Under the pieces are notes generated by a model. That model saw only the letters and a list, made by a program, of their open reading frames with translations. It was not told the DNA's origin and did not search any database. From NCBI GenBank assembly GCA_950097015.1, contig CATNEN010000009.1, positions 1,612,001 to 1,676,000 of the forward strand: a stretch of DNA of 64,000 nucleotides. Direction: 5' to 3'. This DNA is from Macrostomum hystrix (lineage: Eukaryota > Animalia > Platyhelminthes). Every line of letters begins with the position of its first letter. Position 1 is the first letter of the stretch. The position numbers were made by a program, and so were the translations under genes. This document shows, piece by piece, positions 60,834 through 64,000 of the stretch.

Positions 60834-62544
60834 ATGACATTTCCCTTTCGACGTAAGCAGAAGAACCTCCACACCGAGACATTCGATTCGGTGGCCAGCG
60901 GCATGATGAAGATCTACAAGGATAAACTATTGCCGCTGGAGGAGGCCTACAAGTTTCACGACTTTCACCAGCCAGCACTGGAGGATGCAGACTTTAACAC
61001 GTGCGTATGGGATTTTCTTAAACTTTTCTAGATAGAAAAAGGTCTATCCCGCTGAAAACTTTAATCCCATTGGGAATAGGTCGGGATTATATACCCTATA
61101 TCCCATTCGAGAGGGAATTGGTGGGGGATCATAGAACCGAAGTCCCATTGGAATAGGTAGGGATTATAGACCTTAAATCCCATTGGAATAGGTAGGGATT
61201 ATAGACCTGAAATCCCATTGGAATAGGTTGGGATTATAGACCTGAAATCCCATTGGAATATGTTGGGATTATAGACCTTAAATCCCATTGGAAATGGTAG
61301 GGATTATAGACTTTAGATCTCATTGGAATATGTTGGGATTATAGGCCTTAAATCCCATTGGAATAGGTTGGGATTATAGACCTTAAATCCCATTGGAATA
61401 GGTAGGGATTATAGACCTTAAATCCCATTGGAATAGGTAGGGATTATAGACCTGAAATCCCATTGGAATAGGTTGGGATTATAGACCTGAAATCCCATTG
61501 GAATATGTTGGGATTATAGACCTTAAATCCCATTGAAAATGGTAGGGATTATAGACTTTAGATCTCATTGGAATATGTTGGGATTATAGGCCTTAAATCC
61601 CATTGGAATAGGTTGGGATTATAGACCTTAAATCCCATTGGAAAAAGTAGGGATTATAGAATTTAGATCCCATTGGAAATGGTTGGGATTATAGACCTTA
61701 AATCCCATTGGAATAGGTTGGGATTATAGACCTTAAATCCCATTGGAATAGGTTGGGATTATAGACCTTAAATCCCATTGGAATAGGTTGGGATTATAGA
61801 CTTAGATCTCATTGGAATAGGTTGGGATTATAGACCTTAAATCCCATCGGAATAGGTTGGGATTATAGACTTTAGATCTCATTGGAGTAGGTTGGGATTA
61901 TAGACTTCAGATCTCATCGGAATAGGTAGGGATTATAGACCTTAAATCCCATTAGAATAGGTAGGGATTATAGGCCCTAATCCCATTGGAGAGGGTGGTA
62001 ATTTAAGACCCTAAATAAAAATAAAATGAGTGGGGAATCCGGGATTATATCTACTAAATCCTCTTGCTAAGGTTTGAAATTATCAATCCTAAATCCCACT
62101 ACTAAAGTTGGGAATCGTAAATGCTAAGTCCCATAGCAAAGGTTAGGAATTTTATACTCTAAATTCTCAGGGTGGGATTTCGGATCCTATTAAAGGGTTG
62201 AGATGATTATTAATCCAGCCAACTGCGATGTTGCAGCAAGCCAATGATCCTGCTAGTCGGCCAGTATTCCACCGGCAAAACCACCTTCATCAAGTACCTG
62301 CTGAAGAATGACTTCCCCGGGATTCGAATCGGGCCAGAGCCTACAACAGACAGGTTCATTGCCGTCATGCACGATAAGCACGAGGGAGTGGTGCCCGGCA
62401 ACGCGCTGGTTGTTGACCCTCAGAAGCCGTTCAGGCCGCTGTCTCGCTTTGGCAACGCCTTCCTTAATAGATTCCAGTGCTCAACTCTCGATAACGAAGT
62501 GCTCAAATCGATTACAATCATCGATACGCCCGGCATCCTGTCTG
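60834..62544 (+). CDS. EHD1-like: EH-domain-containing protein (EHD1/RME-1/Past1), first two exons 60834-61000 and 62237-62544; the rest lies beyond the window
   Basis: KLLPLEEAYKFHDFH.PALEDADF|.KPMILLVGQYSTGKTTFI...RIGPEPTTDRF...PGNALVVD...FGNAFLNRF...IIDTPGILSG. Confidence 0.95.
61040..62000. repeat. 35-bp minisatellite (AAATCCCATTGGAATAGGTTGGGATTATAGACCTT)n in EHD intron 1, each unit internally palindromic
   Basis: Directly visible. AATCCCA/TGGGATT are inverted within each unit. Confidence 0.95.
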
Positions 62545-62768
62545 GTGAGCGCTCAGTTCTCAATCAACTTTTTAATAATATTATGTCAAAAAATTTCAAT
62601 GTGTAATTAATCGAAAAAATCTATGAACTCTAAAAAATTATCCCTAATCGATCAATTATCCCCAATCGATCAATCAAAACCTCAATCGATTAATCATACC
62701 TCATCGATAAATCATTTCCTAATCAATCAACTATCCTTTATCAAACAATATTCCCTTTTTAAGCAATT

Positions 62769-64000
62769 GTAAGGTGTGCGGTGATTCATTCTCGCATCGC
62801 GTCGTAAGTTGGCTTCGTAAATTGTGCAAAGCGATGTACATTCTCTGGTGTACATAGCCAAATATAAAGTCGCTCACTTGAGGCTTTAGTCACCTCGTGT
62901 ATTCTCGGTTCTCGCGCAAGTCTCGCCTTCTGACTTAGTTTACATTAGTGGCAGCGGTCTCTATCTCAAGTCGGCCCACTCACTCATGGCGCACGCCAAT
63001 GCACTTTTGCCACCCAAGTTTTCGGGCTCAGACGATGCCGACATCAACATGTGGCTGCAAATGTTTGAGGACTTCGCCACGGATTCCGAGTGGGACGACA
63101 AAAAGATGGCATCGAAAATCCGGCTGCTCTTATCTGGCGAGGCGCTCGTCTTCGTGTGGGACCTGCCGGAGGAGAAGAAGAAGAGCTTCGCGGAAACTTC
63201 TGAGGACTGGTGACCGTGGGCCATCACCAGCCCTGCCTAGCAAGGCCCAAACCGCTTCGCTCTTCCTGCCCGGCAGCATCGTAGGCCGGCCCTGCAGGTG
63301 GCTGTTCGACACGGCGCGCAGGTGACGCTCGTATCAGCTGCCCAGTTTCGAGCTCTGGGAGTCGCAGCTCAGCTTCATCCGCCTCTCAGCACTCCGGTCG
63401 GGATCGATGGTCGACGCTTGGAGTCTCCGGCATGCGCAACGCTGGCCATTCAGCTGGGCGGACTGCCGCCCATTGAGCACCCGGTGACGGTGGTCGCCGA
63501 CATTCAGCCGGAATGCGTGCTCGGCATGGACGCCATCAGCAAGATGTGCTCAACCTTCAGCGTGGATCTCATGTCGTCTTCTGTCCTGCTGGGTCAACCA
63601 GGATCCCAGTCCTGCCAGACAGGAACTCCATGCCAGCCTGCCGGGTGGTGCCCACCGCCGTGGTCGCCAGAGTCGCCAGCACCGTGTCCATCCCAGCCCG
63701 CAGCCGCGTCATCATCCCGGTCAAGGTGGCATCGTACGTTGAGCAGGGTCTGTTCGAGCCCAGCTCTGACTTCGTCGACAAGACCGGCCTGCTGCCGAAC
63801 CGGGCTCTGGTGGTCTCCAGCGCGGACGGCAACCTGCCGGTGGGAGTCTGCAACCTGAGCGCCGACCCGGTGGTGCTCTACCAGAATCAGGCCATCGGCA
63901 ACTTCAACGCTGCCGAGCCTCACGGGCCCGACGGTGAAGCTGCGGAGGAGGCCGGCTTCAACATCAACCCGGAGCTGAGTCGGTCGCAGCGCGAGGTCAT
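62769..64000 (+). mobile_element. Decayed Ty3/Gypsy LTR retrotransposon (5' LTR 62769-62944, PBS 62949-62958, truncated gag, frameshifted protease) in EHD intron 2
   Basis: TGT...ACA-bounded 176-bp LTR candidate; PBS TGGCAGCGGT; gag PPKFSG...W...FE....W...K...L.G.A; protease D-T-G-A broken by a 1-bp deletion (GACACGGCGCGCAG); pre-RT linker. The 3' LTR is outside the window. Confidence 0.82.

Noticed and set aside
61040-62000. CRISPR array
   Set aside because: Units are contiguous with no unique spacers, no cas genes are present, and the array lies inside a spliceosomal intron of a eukaryotic gene.

Overview
Intron-rich animal genomic DNA. GC3-rich exons and minisatellite-laden introns resemble a free-living flatworm such as Macrostomum, but that assignment is inference only. 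Host genes assembled by hand from splice sites: DIS3L2 (+), two divergent secreted Cys-domain/LamG-like paralogs (+), a Vav-like GEF (-), a calmodulin-like protein with a (KDH)n tail (-), an ADCY9-like adenylyl cyclase (+), tRNA-Ala(TGC), POLE2 (+), a histidine acid phosphatase (-) and the first two exons of an EHD/RME-1 gene (+). A spliced, apparently isolated C-terminal fragment of V-ATPase subunit a (-) is split across two frames in the ORF track. Roughly 10 kb of the window is tandem minisatellite, and two tRNA-derived SINE families recur. The last 11 kb holds a nested transposon cluster. An RTE-type LINE (11-bp TSD) is inserted in a Crypton tyrosine-recombinase gene. A P-element (about 65-bp TIRs, 8-bp TSD) is inserted in an IS630/Tc1 transposase. 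A decayed Ty3/Gypsy element lies in an EHD intron. Three predicted introns use GC donors. Exon boundaries were read by eye and need RNA-seq confirmation.
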